Source: the human T2T-CHM13v2.0 reference genome, Homo sapiens
Assembly: GCF_009914755.1 (NCBI RefSeq)
Contig: NC_060925.1
Reading direction: 5' to 3' (one strand)
DNA length: 64,000 nt
In this document: positions 41,322 through 54,430 of the stretch, piece by piece
Numbering within the stretch: the first letter of the stretch is position 1
How the letters are laid out: each line of letters opens with the position of its first letter
Notes under the pieces: model-generated
What the model was told of the DNA's origin: nothing
Databases searched by the model: none
What the model saw: only the letters and a program-made list of their open reading frames with translations
Position numbers and translations under genes: made by a program

Positions 41322-43137
41322 AAGTGGGAGCCAACCAGGGGTTGCTTCCCATATTTCTGGTCCTTTATCACCAGTGCTGATGGGACCAAGCCTGCCTGTA
41401 GCCCTCGGATCCACAAGCCCAGCCATGCTGCTCCTTAAATTAGCTGCCATCCATCTGAGCACACACCATAAAGTTCATCCACCACAGTGCATCTGAGGCT
41501 GGAATCCTGACTAATGAGGCCCAGATTGCCTGGGAACCAAACAATAGAATGGCAAACCATCTATTAAACATCTTTTGGAGTTTTTAGTTAATCATAACAA
41601 TATAGAGAGAGATAACCCAGAAATAATTTGGCATTATAGTTATAAAGCCACATGATTAATGAAAGCATACCATGTCATTGAGGCCTTCTTAATAGCACAG
41701 ATGAATGTTCCTTCTGGTGTTCACACTTTAAATCAGAATTTCTTTATCTCTAGCATCTGATGATCACAGCTCAGAGATTCACAGTGCAAATTGAGGAGAA
41801 ACTGCTCCTCAAGCTGCTAAGTTTCTTTGGCTACGATCAAGCAGAATCAGGTAATGTTGAATGTTCTATGTCTGTGTTTGGGAATTGGTCCAAAGATGGT
41901 ATTTTTGAGTCTGTTTGTAAAAATAGGTAGCCCCTTGGTGTCTGATAGGCTCCCTTTCCACATCTCAGCCTGAGCTAGGAAGCTAAGGCTTGTGTTTCAG
42001 TTGTGCTTTTTCAAAGTATTACTTGTTGTCTGAGTTATCTCTGTGAACTAAAGGAGCCATTCAGAGGGTCTTCTGGAATCCTGGAGTATCCAGTGGTATA
42101 CCTTTGGGAAGCAGTATACTATTCCTCTTTGCTTTGCATTTTTTTGATTCATCTGCTCTAGGATGACAGAAATGATATTAGTCATTTAGCAAACCATTTT
42201 GTTTCCTAACCTTTGTTTCTTAAACAGACTCCAGGCCAAGAATCAGAAATCCCTTTGGCAGTTCCTTTGGTTTAGTTGAGAAAATAAAATTGGCTAGCCT
42301 CAATTCATTAACTTTTGACATCCAAACCCTTGTGCCTTTTTGTAATTACAAAGGTTTCTGCTTATTTACTCTCTTCTTTGTAGAAGAGAGTAAGATAAGC
42401 TATTGAAAAGCCCAGGTTTCCAGCAGTGCTACAGAAATAATTGAGCTGTTGCTTCTTTTCGATTCCTCATCACAGCCTTTCCTTCCGCTCTTAGATGGGC
42501 TTTTCATGGCTGTGTATACAGCTTAGAAAAAAGTCAGTAATACTCAGTCTTTTGAAGCCTAAACTAAATATTGAGCCTGAAGAAATGATAAGAAAGAGGC
42601 TTTTATGTTTATCTGCCCATGTTGGCTAGAGAAAAAAATCACTGGGAATGTGTGTACACATGTACATACATACACACAATGCAAGAAAAATATTTTTGTT
42701 CTTTTTATCCCAGATTTAGAATTTAAGCTTTAAGAGTATTTGGGATCAAGAGCAAGATCCTGTCTGTTTAATGCTGTGTTTTCCACTTTGGGTTGGAACG
42801 CCAGTGTTTATTTGTATTCAGACAGCCACTTGGGAGCCTGCCTGCCAGGTATCCATTCTGTTTTGGTACCTTCCTGGGAAGTTTTACTTTAAATTTGATT
42901 CGACATGCTTTTCTTGTAAATTTTCTTATAAGTTGCTGTAATAAATTTCTCCTCAAGCATGGATTTAGACTTTTGTAAAATCCTTGCCTGCCTTTCACTG
43001 AAGTGGGAGCTGACTAAGGGGTTGCTTCCCATGTTTTTGGTATGTTGTCACCAGTGCTGATGGGATGGGACAGAGGCAGCATGCAGCCCTCAGGTCCACA
43101 AGCCCAGTCCTGCTGCTCCTTAAAGTACCTGCCATCC
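41322..43137 (+). repeat. Dispersed direct repeat of about 135 bp (41322-41452 and 43001-43137) flanking exon 41754-41850
   Basis: Shared blocks aagtgggagc, aggggttgcttcccat, tcaccagtgctgatggga, tccacaagcccag, tgctgctccttaaa, ctgccatcc. Confidence 0.9.
41754..41850 (+). CDS. VPS13D: VPS13D exon: HLMITAQRFTVQIEEKLLLKLLSFFGYDQAES(E)
   Basis: tttatctctag| acceptor, CAG|gtaatg donor; 97 nt, phase 0 to 1. Confidence 0.94.
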
Positions 43138-43970
43138 TGTCTGTAGCTGTTTCTGCTTCCTCAGCATAAATGGGCAGGTCTCTGTTGCAGTATCATTTTT
43201 CTGTAAGTAGCACTGATGATAGCTTACAACATAAATGTGTTTGATAAGTAGGTATGTGCCAGCTCTCTGGTTTTATTTCCAAGGCACGTGAAGCCAAGGC
43301 AAAATATGCTGCCCAGTTGGATGTGCATACAGCATCAAGTGCAAAGAGCACATTGCTGTGTTGTAGCCCATGCTACTCCTGCTACTCCTTTTATTTCATG
43401 AGATGGCAAGTAAAAAATCTGCCTTGATTGTCCTATTTAAATGGATGTCCACCATTTGGGAGACAGGGCGCTGCTTGTAGTGATATTACGTCTTTACAGC
43501 CCGCAGCCTGATTCTTTTTCAGGCATTTATGTTTCACTCAGATTCGTGAATTGGTGATATCCATTTTGATTCAGTTACACTGCACTCCAAGACCTTATTT
43601 GGATATGATCCTAGGAAAATAAATTTAGATAATCTGGGTCATTGATAATAACATTGCTAACAAATACACCTGTGGCCTTTGGCTTTTCCATCTGGATGAT
43701 TTTTTCCAAAGATGACATCTGTTGGATGGTATGGAGTCACAAGTTAACATGCTAGTCTTCTTTTTTGATAAACAACACAAAACAGATCTACTCTTACAAA
43801 GAATGGCATCAGAATACTATACACGTCACTGTACCCTCACAAACTAAATCGAGAGTGATAGATGGTTTCCTTTTTTTGATGATTTTTTTCTATGTGAATA
43901 CAAAGTGGATTCTGTGGATCATGAGACTAAGAAATTCTTTTTTGTTTTTTTAATTCTTCCTTTGTACCAG

Positions 43971-44119
43971 AGGTGGAAAAATATGATGAAAACCTCCATG
44001 AAAAGACAGCTGAGCAAGGTGGAACACCAATTCGATACTACTTTGAAAATCTCAAAATCAGCATTCCTCAGATCAAGCTAAGTGTGTTCACCTCCAACAA
44101 GCTCCCATTGGATCTTAAG
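43971..44119 (+). CDS. VPS13D: VPS13D exon: (E)VEKYDENLHEKTAEQGGTPIRYYFENLKISIPQIKLSVFTSNKLPLDLK
   Basis: long pyrimidine tract ...gtaccag| acceptor, AAG|gtgagc donor; 149 nt, phase 1 to 0; YFE.L.I motif. Confidence 0.95.
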
Positions 44120-45206
44120 GTGAGCTGCTATTTGGGTAAATTTTTTTAGATGATTTTTCCTTGGAAAAGAATGAGTGTGTTTACTATTTGTTGTTTGTTG
44201 TTGTGTGTGTGTGTGCTTTTTTTTTTGTCCCTCATCATCATTCATAGCAGACATTTTATTTTTACAGATTTCCTTTTTCAGAAGGTTTATTGACTTACGT
44301 GTATTTGTCTTTAAAAAAAAAAAAAAAACGAAACTTAAATACGACATTGCCGAAGATCAAGGAGTAGCTCAAGAGATTCACAGATAATTCTGTAAAACCC
44401 ATTTGCTCTCTGTTTAGCTCCTGGCTTACCTCAGTGAGATAAAAGCCTTTTTCCTAAAGTTGTGTCCAGGATCAAGAGAAAAAGCAGTCAAGACAGCATC
44501 TTCTTTTTGTGCCCGAGGCCTGCTCACCTTCCTACTTCTCTCTTCCTAAGTATCCACCTCTTTTTGAATGATTGTCACTAGGATTGTCTACTAGGAGTGT
44601 TTAAAGTCGACTCAGCCCACTTACCCACTGGGATATGGCCTTCTCTACCACCACATCAGGATGAAGCCCTTAGACCATCTTGATGACTACTTACTAGACA
44701 CAGCCTGAACACCGTCTTCATTTTCAGCCATAAAGTTTATCTTCATCAAGGAAGAAAGCTGGGATTCAAATCCAAGCCTGTCTGACTCTAAAGTCTATTT
44801 TTTTTTTCACTATACTATGCTTCCCCATAGAACATAAGGAACCAGAGAATTTTAGACCTGTGAGTCCTCAGTGATGTACTTGCTTGGTAGACAGGGAAAT
44901 TGAAGTTCAAAGTGTTTTGTCAGTCAAGGCTGTGTGGCTAGGAAGTGATAGGAGCAGGAGTGGATCCAGGGGTGTTAGAAAGTCTTTCCTTAGTTTGAGT
45001 CAAAGTCAGCCCCCTGCAGCTTGGACCCATTGGTTCTGGTTTTTCATTCTGTTGCACTTAAAGATAATACTCAAGACCTCCATCTTCCTACTAACCACCA
45101 GTCGAGGACTCTTCTCACTGCCCCATGCTGCCTCCTCTAAGATGCTACAAGATAGTCATCTTGCTGCGCAGAAACAGCTAGAGATATGAGCAGATAAGAA
45201 GTAAGT

Positions 45207-45551
45207 CTAGGGTCCTAACGTAGATGCCCGCAGGAGCTGCGCTGGCGATGCAGCGAGTGGAGCTGCACACCGGGGTGGTGTCGTGTCTGCCCAACCAGGA
45301 GTGCCTGCTCCATCTGAAGGGGCCGCCACAACCCGCTCCAGCCGCTTGCTGTCATGGAGGAATGTGAACCTGGTGTTGCCAGATCTTCAGATTTTTAAAG
45401 AGAAACCGGAAATCTGGATTTTTATGTGGAATCTCCTGGTTTTTAAACATTGGCAACCAATTCAAGTTTTTTGGTTTTTTTAAACCTTGTGGGCCTAACA
45501 AAACACATGTGTGGGCCTCATGTGGCCGTGTCTGCCAACTCACAGCTTCTA
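45207..45551. mobile_element. hAT-Charlie-type DNA transposon relic (MER102-like)
   Basis: gttgccagatcttcagatttttaaagagaaaccggaaatctggatttttatgtg matches recalled MER102 consensus. Confidence 0.7.
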
Positions 45552-48515
45552 AAATTGACACACAGGTAATGAGACAGTAGTCTGGTCAACATCAGATCAC
45601 ATTTGGGTAAGGGTAGGGCAAGGGTGACAGCATTGGGGTGGCAAACTGGGGCCAAGCCACAGGGAGTGCTGGTGGGGACCTGGAGCAGGAATGGCTCTTG
45701 CAGCCATCTCTGGAAGAGTGCAGCGTGCCCTTCACTCACTGCCCTGTCTGCTTCATTCGCTTTAATTTCATGTTTCCCAGGAGATTAAAGATACTTATAG
45801 TTAGCATGGGAGTGAGGGGAAAACCATGGGAAAACCACTATCTTGTTAATATCCACAAGTATCCACTTGACTTGTGTGACCTTTGGAATGGGTTTGTTTG
45901 ATAAAGTATATATTCACCCAGAGCACTTGGCACTTGCCCAGCAAACCAATGTGAAGCATTTCCTGAGGGTTGAGGACTTCTTGTTTTTAAAATCATCTTA
46001 CTAAGAAACACAGACACCTCACTATTCCCTTCAAATTGCTCCCAGCAGAAAACTCCCCAGACTGAGAAAAGCAGTCTGATTTTCTGCAGTTGAAGTAGCT
46101 CCAGCCCCCCCCAGTTACATGATGGTTGTGTGTGCGCTCGGCATACAATCAACGAAATCATTTCAGTTGAATGTTTCATCTGGCACTGAATTGAAGGAAC
46201 ATTTTCAGGGCATTTTTCAAATCATTGTGAAACAATTACATGGAGCAGCCATGTGATGAGGTGTGTAGGGGGCACGCCGAGTGTAGTAAGTTAATGTTTC
46301 CAGCAGGGTGCGGGGAATTGGGACTAAAGAGTTAAATTCTCAGCTTGTGGGAGTCACATTTTACTGTGTCTTGAGTCTCCTAGTGGAGTCTGGGACTCAT
46401 AAAATAATGTCATTTATTCAAAGAGTTTTCTAACAGAGTAATATGCCTTTATTAGTAGCTCTTAGAAGGGTACTATGCTCTTTTAGATGAATATATAATG
46501 GCTAAAAGTGTGTGCTTAGAAAATGGAGTCCTGTCCCTGAACAGGAGTCACGAGAGCCTGACTAAAAGGTAAACCACGTCTTTGGTATTGAAGGAATAAT
46601 TATCTTGATTCTTCTGACTCCAGGCCAGAAGTGAGACTGTCAGAAATCTCAGAGGGAAGTCTCTTCAGGTTTACACTGAGGGTACATTGTTGCCAGATAT
46701 AGTGTCTGTTCAAAAGGACTGAAAGCAGTTTCACATCTGCTATCTCAATTGGATTCCTTACTCTGCGGTGGAAGAATGGGGAGATAATAGTCCCATTTCA
46801 CAAATGCAGAGACCAAAGCACAGCATTCCTGCCTGACTCCCCATTCTCTCCATTCTCTCAAGTTTGCGTGTTAGAAAGTGGCCGAGTGATACTGAAAATG
46901 CCAGGTAGTTTATACGTGTTTTTGGCTTTTTTTAAAGATCAAAAGAGGCCAGGAGCCTTTAAACGGTTTCATGAGGTGGCCTACAGCAGTCCTTTTTCCA
47001 TTTAGAGCATTGGGGTATTACAAAAGAAGGGCTTTAATTGAGCAATCTAGTTTGGAAGAAAACCCACATTTTAATGGTCAGAGTGAGAGGGTGGGGGTTA
47101 GGGGGAGTTTCGAACAAAGACACTATTTAAAAAGCCTAAAACTGTCTTCTCAAAGGCTTGAAATAATTTGTTGGGAAACTTCAGACCCTTTACTTTTTTC
47201 CTCCCCTCCCTAAATAAAAACCAGATTTGTTAAAAGGAAAAAAGATCCAGTATTGTTAATTGTATTTCAGAAAGTGCCAGAGAGGGAAATATCCCTGTAG
47301 TTTTAAACATTGTCCCAAGAGGGAAATAGGCAAATACCCTGCTTCACATAAACAGTCTCTATGTACCATAAATAAACCTTTAAAGAATGAATTCCAGACA
47401 GTTTTGTTTAGTGCAGGATAAACTAAGAAAGGAAAGGACATGGCCGAGGGAATAGCTTGGGATCTGAGACCTTATGGTATATAGACAGGTATTTCTTCTT
47501 TCAACTCTATGAAGTTTCTGGAAGACTTCAGCAGTTTTCGCGTGGGGAGGTAGAAATAGACAGTTTCCTATTTTTATTAGGAGCTTATGAACACAAGATT
47601 GCCTTCTCCAAAATCCATTTTATAACAGGAAACTGTCTGCTGCTTGAGTAAATAAGCATCAACTTTGTATACTACTGTATTTGATTAGTCATTTAGTTAC
47701 TACAAGAATAAGCCCTGTTTGGCTCGTTCCCTCATCTCGACTTTGACTGTCCAGATTAACCTGAAGGTGGCAGAATAATTCATACCACTGGGCTGTATCT
47801 CAGCTTTTTCAAATGTGGAGTCCCAAAAGCAGTAAATGACTAGGTAAGGATAACTTTTACTTAAGGGCCAGAATATTTCCTCGATTCAGACCAAGCACCT
47901 TAGTCATTCGGAAAGGTAATAGTGTCTATGATGAAGGTTTTGACATTTCAGTAGAGGTTTCAAAGTCTTTGCTACTTTGTGTGGTTCTTCTTTAATATTT
48001 GGTTGCAAGGACAAAGTTGGGGTATAAAAGCTTTTTACCTTAAGCCTTTGTTTTGATCTCATTTTCTCTTCTCTGAGAATAAAGTAACGCTCAAAGTAGT
48101 ATTGGCAAAACAGAGTGCTGAACTGATTGTCAGTACCCTGTTTTCCCAGCGTGTTTATTTTATGACTCTAAGCAAAGCAGTTGAGCTTACTGAACGTTCA
48201 CTCAGTTTCTCCGACAGTGAAATGAGGAAAATAAGGCCTGCTCACGTACTTTATCATCACTCACCATGAGGTGGGGTGAGGCATGGGTGAATGAATAGCA
48301 GAACATTTTTCAGGAGAAATAATACCCTCCATTCTGGCTTTCATGCTTTCTACCTAATAGGTAGTTGCTATTGTGAAAATGCACATATTCAAGTCTAAAA
48401 TCAAGTAGCTAGCCATATGACTTTAGGCCATCCACTTAACATTTCTTGTTTTATTTATACCAAAGAGAGAGAGAGAGAGAGGGAGAGTTAGGCTGAATTA
48501 ACTTGATGTTGGACT

Positions 48516-48810
48516 TTTTTGCGGGGTGGGGAAGACAGGGTCTCACTCTGTCAGGCTGAAGTGCAGTGGCATGATCACAGCTTACTGCAGCCTCAACCTC
48601 CTGGGCTCAGATGATCCTCTCACCTCAGCATCCCAGGTAGCTGGGATTATAGGTGCGTGCCACCATGCCTGGCTAATTTTTGTATTTTTTTGTAGAGACA
48701 GAGTTTTACCATGTTGCCCAGGCTGGTCTCAAACTCCTGGGCTCAAGTTATCTGCCCACCTCAGCCTCCCAAAGTGCTGGGATTACAGGCATGAGCCGCT
48801 GGGCCCAGCT
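48516..48810 (-). mobile_element. AluJ
   Basis: Diverged dimer. Confidence 0.85.
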
Positions 48811-49334
48811 CAACTTGAGGTTGCTATTAATCTCTAAAATATTCTGAAATTACTTAGCAGGAGGTTATCAGTGACTTCCCAAGGCACCAAGTCCAGTGAC
48901 CTTTCTCTCTAGCCTTATCTTTGTAGCATCCTCTGCCATTTTGACATTGCTGACTTCCCTGTTCTTGACATCTGTCCTTTCTGGTTCTCCTCTTGCTCTG
49001 TTGCTTCTCTGCCTATTTCTGTTTTCGTTTATTCTACTTCTTCTTTTCCTGATCTGTATGTTAAAGGTCCAGATTTTTCTCTGTGAACTGTCTGGTTATG
49101 TCACTTGTCTATTTTTCTGTCAGGCCTTTTATCTCTTCTAATTTTAGAAGCTCTTTCTAAAAGTTATGTCTTTGATGAAAGTTGCAAGTATTTTTTCTTC
49201 AGCTTTTTGTCTTTTTACTTTGCTTTTGGCGTGTGTGTGTGTGTGTTTGTGTTTAATTATACAAGAGCTGTTTATTTTTATGTTGTCAAATTTATTAGTC
49301 TTTTGCTGTTTTGAATCTAATTTTTTTTTGAAAA

Positions 49335-49397
49335 CTACATGTTCAGAGAAATTCTCTAGTAACAAACTGTAGAAATGATCCCTGAAAGCATAGTCTT
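49335..49397 (-). pseudogene. U3 snoRNA (SNORD3) 3'-truncated retropseudogene
   Basis: Reverse complement AAGACTATGCTTTCAGGGATCATTTCTACAGTTTGTTACTAGAGAATTTCTCTGAACATGTAG matches recalled U3 nt 1-64 with 4 substitutions and 1 deletion; short A tail; TSD gaatct(g)aatttt. Confidence 0.92.
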
Positions 49398-49599
49398 GAA
49401 TCTGAATTTTGAGTCACAAAAAAGTTTTCCCTTCTCTATGGTTTTAAAAAATTTCACCCTTTCTTCCATTATATGATTGAATTTCAATTAAATGTATTCT
49501 TGTTCCAAAATAATTTAAGGCAGTCTCAGAAGACACATGCAAAAAGATTATAAGTAAGAAAACAGAATAGAAATGTCATTAAGTTGCACATGAAATTTT

Positions 49600-51490
49600 A
49601 ATATATAATAAAGAGACTTTAATTCAGTGGGGAGTATATAGACTTTTCAATAGTGCTATTAGACTAAATCACAATAGAAAAAATATAAAATTAGATTTAT
49701 TCTTGACACTTTATGTAAGGATAAATTCCAAGTGAATCAGAGATTTACTGGTAATATTAGCATGAAAAAGTGTTTTTATATTCGGTAAGGAAGAGTATTT
49801 GGCATGCCTTGTAAACACCTTGAAATATCAATCATTTTAAATAAAGATATAATCAGAAAATAGACCCATATCCAGAGATTGTTAACCAGCTTATAGCAGA
49901 CCCAGGCTAGTTGAGAACTTCAAGAAAAGACAGATCGTGGGGGCGGGGTTGGGGAGTGTCCATGTGAAGCCATTGGAAAGCTACCAAAACAGCCAGGACT
50001 GGAGAGTTCAAGATTTATGAGAGGAGAGAAACTCAGTAAGGTGAGCCCAACATTTATTTTGCTTTTATTCTTGAGACTTTTTCTGATTTGTAAGCAGTGT
50101 GGGGAGAAAGGTGAAGAAGCCAAGCAGAAAGCAGCTGCCAACAGGCAGAGAATGCAAGTAAAGCTTTTGGCAGTCTCATGGGGCTAGCAAAGCAAAACTT
50201 AGACTTCATTGCTACTAAGAGAGCTGGTAATTGAAGGGCTAATATCTTACAGAGAAGGGACAGGCAGAAAACAAACCCCAATAATCTGAGGTACTTTCTT
50301 TCTTGAGATATTTGATGATTTCTAAGTGACACAGTCTGAGAGAAATCAAGCAAAAAGTGGCAGCTAAGAGGCTGAAGAACTTAAACAGTCTTCTAAGCAG
50401 TTTTGTGGTACTAGGGAGATTAAAAGTGGAGGAATGGCATTGGTTTTCGTTGAGACTGCTAAAGGACTACACCAGGCCTCATAAGGACTAAAACACACCA
50501 GAACTTAGATAAAGACTGAAACACAGCCTTGAGAAAACCCAAACCCTGGTTGATTTAGGCATTATGCTTCTTACTCTAACTGCCTACCAGAAGCTAAAAA
50601 CTCATCCAAAGTCTCTGTAAGTTTTCATACAAAATGTTGCATTCAGTCACAAATTACCAGGCCAAGATGAGATGAGACCAAGAGAAAAAACAAACACTAG
50701 AAACAGAACCATAGATAAACTGGATGTTGGTATTTTTAGACAGAGAATTTAAAATACTATGAAGGTATCTAAGAAGTTTACCAGAAAACTATAATTTTTT
50801 TAAAAAAATTATCAAATAATAAGGGAAAATTATAGACCAGCACTTTTTCATGAATATAGAAGAAAGAAATCTGAACAAAATATTAGTAAATCAAAAACAG
50901 AAATATGTAAGAAGGCTAATATAACCAAATTGGATTTTTTCCTGGAATGCACATTCAGTTTCACATTTGCAGATAAATTTGGTAATTTACCACATCAACA
51001 CGATAAAATAGAATATGATTATTTAAAAATGCATAAAAGCTGTTTGACAAACTTTAACATCCATCTACAGTAAAAATTCAGCAAGCTAAAAATAGAAGAT
51101 AACTGCTTTCATCTGTTTAGGTCTATCTGGTAAAAAGCTACAACAAACATCATACTAATTGGTGAGATAGTAAAAGCTTTTTCTTGAGATAAAGGAAAGA
51201 TACCCATTATCACCACTTCTTTCACCGTTACACGGGAGTTCAGCCAGTAAAATAAGTCAAGGATGATCTTTTTGAAAAAGAAGTAAAAGGCATAGGAGCT
51301 GGAAAGGAAAATAAAAACTTCGTTATTTGTAGAAAACACGATCGTTTACTAGAAAATCTAAAAGTATTTTCAGATTAGTTATTAGAATAAGTAAATTTAG
51401 TAAGGTCACTAGAGACAGTATAGAAAACAGTTATATTTCTACATGTCAGCAATAATAACAGAGAAAAGAAAAATTTGGAGGCTATTAAGA
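49600..51490 (+). mobile_element. Old L1 fragments
   Basis: A-rich; degenerate ORF2-like segments at 50840-51480; approximate. Confidence 0.6.
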
Positions 51491-51495
51491 AAACA

Positions 51496-51716
51496 GGTCT
51501 GGGTGTGGTGGCTTACACCTGTAATCCCAGCACTTTGGGAGGCCTAGGTGGGAGGATCACTTGAGCCCAGGAGTTCAGGGCCAGCCTGGGCATCATAGGG
51601 AGACCCTGTCTCTACAAAAATGGAAGGAAGGAAGGAAGGAGGGAGGGATAGAGAGAAGGGGGAGGAGGAGAGAGAGATGAGAGGGAAGAGGAGGGAGGGA
51701 GGGAGGGAGAGAAAGA
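51496..51716 (+). mobile_element. Alu left monomer (FLAM/J-like) with GA-rich expanded tail
   Basis: Monomer 51496-51620 followed by (GGAA)/(GAGG) purine tract. Confidence 0.8.
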
Positions 51717-51729
51717 AAACATTAACTAC

Positions 51730-52229
51730 TGTATCATTATCTATTATTGTGTAACAAATGACGCCAAATTGCAGTGGTTTAAAACAACCACCATCTTATT
51801 TGTTTACAATTCTGTGGGTTAATAATTTGGACTAGACCTAGCTGGGTGTTTCTTCTGCTGGTCTCACCAGTGGTTGTTCATATGGCTGCACTCACCTGGC
51901 AGTTAAACGCGATTAAATGGTATGAGATGACCTCAGTCTCATGTCCAGCGGATTGGTGCTGGCTGTCAGCAGAACCCCTTTCCACATGGTCTCCCATCTT
52001 CAAGGAAGCTACTCCCAGCTTCTTCACGTGGTGGAAGCATCAAAACAGGCAGTGCAGAAGCTCCAAGCTCTCTTGAGGCTCAGGCTCAAAGGTCACACAT
52101 TATTATATCTCTCGCATCCTATTGGCTGAAGCAAATCACAAGGCTAGTGAAGATTCAGGTGGAGGGAACATAGACTTCACCACTTGACAGAAGATGCAAA
52201 GAATATGTGGTCATTTTAAATCTACCACA
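51730..52229 (-). mobile_element. MaLR solo LTR (MLT1-type)
   Basis: TG...CA ends; tgtgtaacaaat...gtggtttaaaacaac and cctattggctgaagcaaatcacaaggc motifs. Confidence 0.75.
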
Positions 52230-53310
52230 GTATCTAAGAATAAACCCAACCAAAGACGTATAAGACCTCTACACAGAAAACAATTAAACATTATTGTGAA
52301 AAATTAAAGACCCACATAGATGAAGGGACATACCATGTCGATAAGTTGGAAGATTCGGTAAAGTTGTCGTTGCTCCTCAAATTGATCTGTAGATTCAGTA
52401 CAGTCCTGATGAAAATTCCAGCAGTTTTTTTGGAAGCAAATTGACAAGCTGATTCTAAAATTTCTCTGCAGTTGAAAAGCGCAAAGAGCAGCTAAGGTAA
52501 CCCTGGAGAAAAAGTACAAAGTTGGGGAGAGCTTACACTATTCGATTTCAGAAATTATTACAAGACTACAGTAATTAAGACAGTGTGGCATTAGTAGAAA
52601 GCAGAGCAAAGTGAAACAGAAGAGAGAATCCAGAAATGGATGTATAATACCATCACGTGACTTTTGACAGCATTTATGCCATACTGCGGTAGTGGAACGG
52701 ATGACCTTTTCAGTAAATATTACTTAGTTCAATATTTATCAGAAAAAAATGAATCTTGGCCACTCCCTCCTACCGTACATAAAAATAAATTCTAGGTGGA
52801 GCATAAATAAAATCTAGGTGTGAAGAGTAAAACAATAAAACTTGTATAAGTAAACGTGGGAATATCTTTATGACCTTGGTGTAGACAAAAATTTCTTAAC
52901 CAGGACACAGAAAGCTCTTACCATATAAGAAAATATTGATAAGGCAGATTTCCTTAAAATTAAGACTGTCTGATCATTAAAAGACACCATTTAAAGAGTA
53001 GTAAGATAAGTCACAGAATGGAAGAAGATATTTGCAACACATCTGTTCAACAGAGGACTTGGTATACAGAATATATAAGAACTCCTACAAAGCAGTAAGA
53101 AATAAAAAACATGAACTCACTACAAAAATGAGCAAAATACTTCAATAAGCACTTCACAAAAAGATATCCAAATGGCTTATGCATTTAAAAGTTGCTTAAT
53201 CTCACTTCTCAACTGAAAAGAGACTACGCTGAGGTACCATTACACACCCATCAGTTTATCTGTCAAAACTATGCTGAGATACCATTACACACTGTTCAGA
53301 TTTTCTGGGT

Positions 53311-53917
53311 GTTTTTTTGTTTGTTTGTTTGTTTTTGTTTTTGGTCGTTGTTTGTTTTAAGTGACAGGGTCAGCCACGGTAATCCCAGCACTTTGGGAGG
53401 CTGAGATGGGTGGATCACTTGAGGCCAGGAGTTGAGCAACAAAGTGAGACCCTGTCTCTCCAAAATAAAAAAAAAAAAAATCAGCTGGGCGTGGTGGTAT
53501 GTACCTGTAGGGGGAGGCTGAGGCAGGAGGATCACTTGAGCCCAGGAGGTCCAGGCTGCAGTGAGCCAAGATCCCGCCACTGTACTCCAGCCTGGGCAAC
53601 AGAGACTTTGTTTTCTGTTTTTGAGAAAGAAAGAGTGAGGCAGGGTCTTACTCTGTCACCCAGGCTAAGTACAGTGGCATGATCTCAGCTTAGTGTGGCC
53701 TTGACCTTCAAAGTCCAAGTGATCCTCCTCCTCCAGCCTCCTGAATGGCTGAGACTACAGGCGCACGCCACCATGCCCAGTTAATTTTTAAACTTTTTGT
53801 AGAGACAAGGTCTTACTTCTTCACCCAGGCTGGTCTTGAACTTCTGGCCTCAAGCGATCCTCCCACCTCAGCTTCCCAAAGTGCTGGGATTACAGGCATG
53901 AGCCACCACTCCTAGCC
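53311..53917. mobile_element. Compound Alu cluster: Alu(-) tail remnant, 5'-clipped AluJ(+) 53378-53606, AluJ(-) 53607-53917
   Basis: Alu motifs in alternating orientation with abrupt junctions. Confidence 0.75.
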
Positions 53918-54147
53918 AGAATATCTTTTTTTTTTTTTTTAAACGATCTATACCAAGTGTTGATGAGGGTGTAGAATAGCAAGGGATCTTGTAGACTGCT
54001 GAATGGAGCATAAACTGGTTTGACCACTTTGGAAAACTGTTTGGCAGAATATATTAAGATTGTGCATGTACATTCTTTATGACCCAGTTCCACTCCCAGG
54101 TATATGTCCAAGAAAAATGCATAAATGTGCCCCAAAAGACATAGCTA

Positions 54148-54430
54148 GGCAGGGAGCAGTGGTTCACAGCTGTAATCGCAGCACTTTGGGATGCCAAGGC
54201 AGGCGGATTGCTTGAGCCCAGGTGTTTGAGACCAGCCTGGGCAACATGGTGAAAACCCTTCTCTACAAAAAATACAAAAATTAGCTGGGCATGGTAGTTT
54301 GCACATGTAGCCTCACCTGCTAAGGAGGCTGAGGTGGGAGGATCGCGTGAGCCCAGGAGGTCAAGGCCGCAGTGAGCTGTGATTGTGCCACTGCATTCCA
54401 GCCAGGACAACAGAGTGAGAACCTGTTATC
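54148..54430 (+). mobile_element. AluJ
   Basis: Diverged dimer, tail lost. Confidence 0.85.

Noticed and set aside
46261-46313. Two CTCF-like motifs (TAGGGGGCAC; CCAGCAGGGTGCG)
   Set aside because: Each misses key consensus positions; cannot be supported without ChIP data.
49939-49955. G-rich run as G-quadruplex
   Set aside because: Only three G tracts of three or more.
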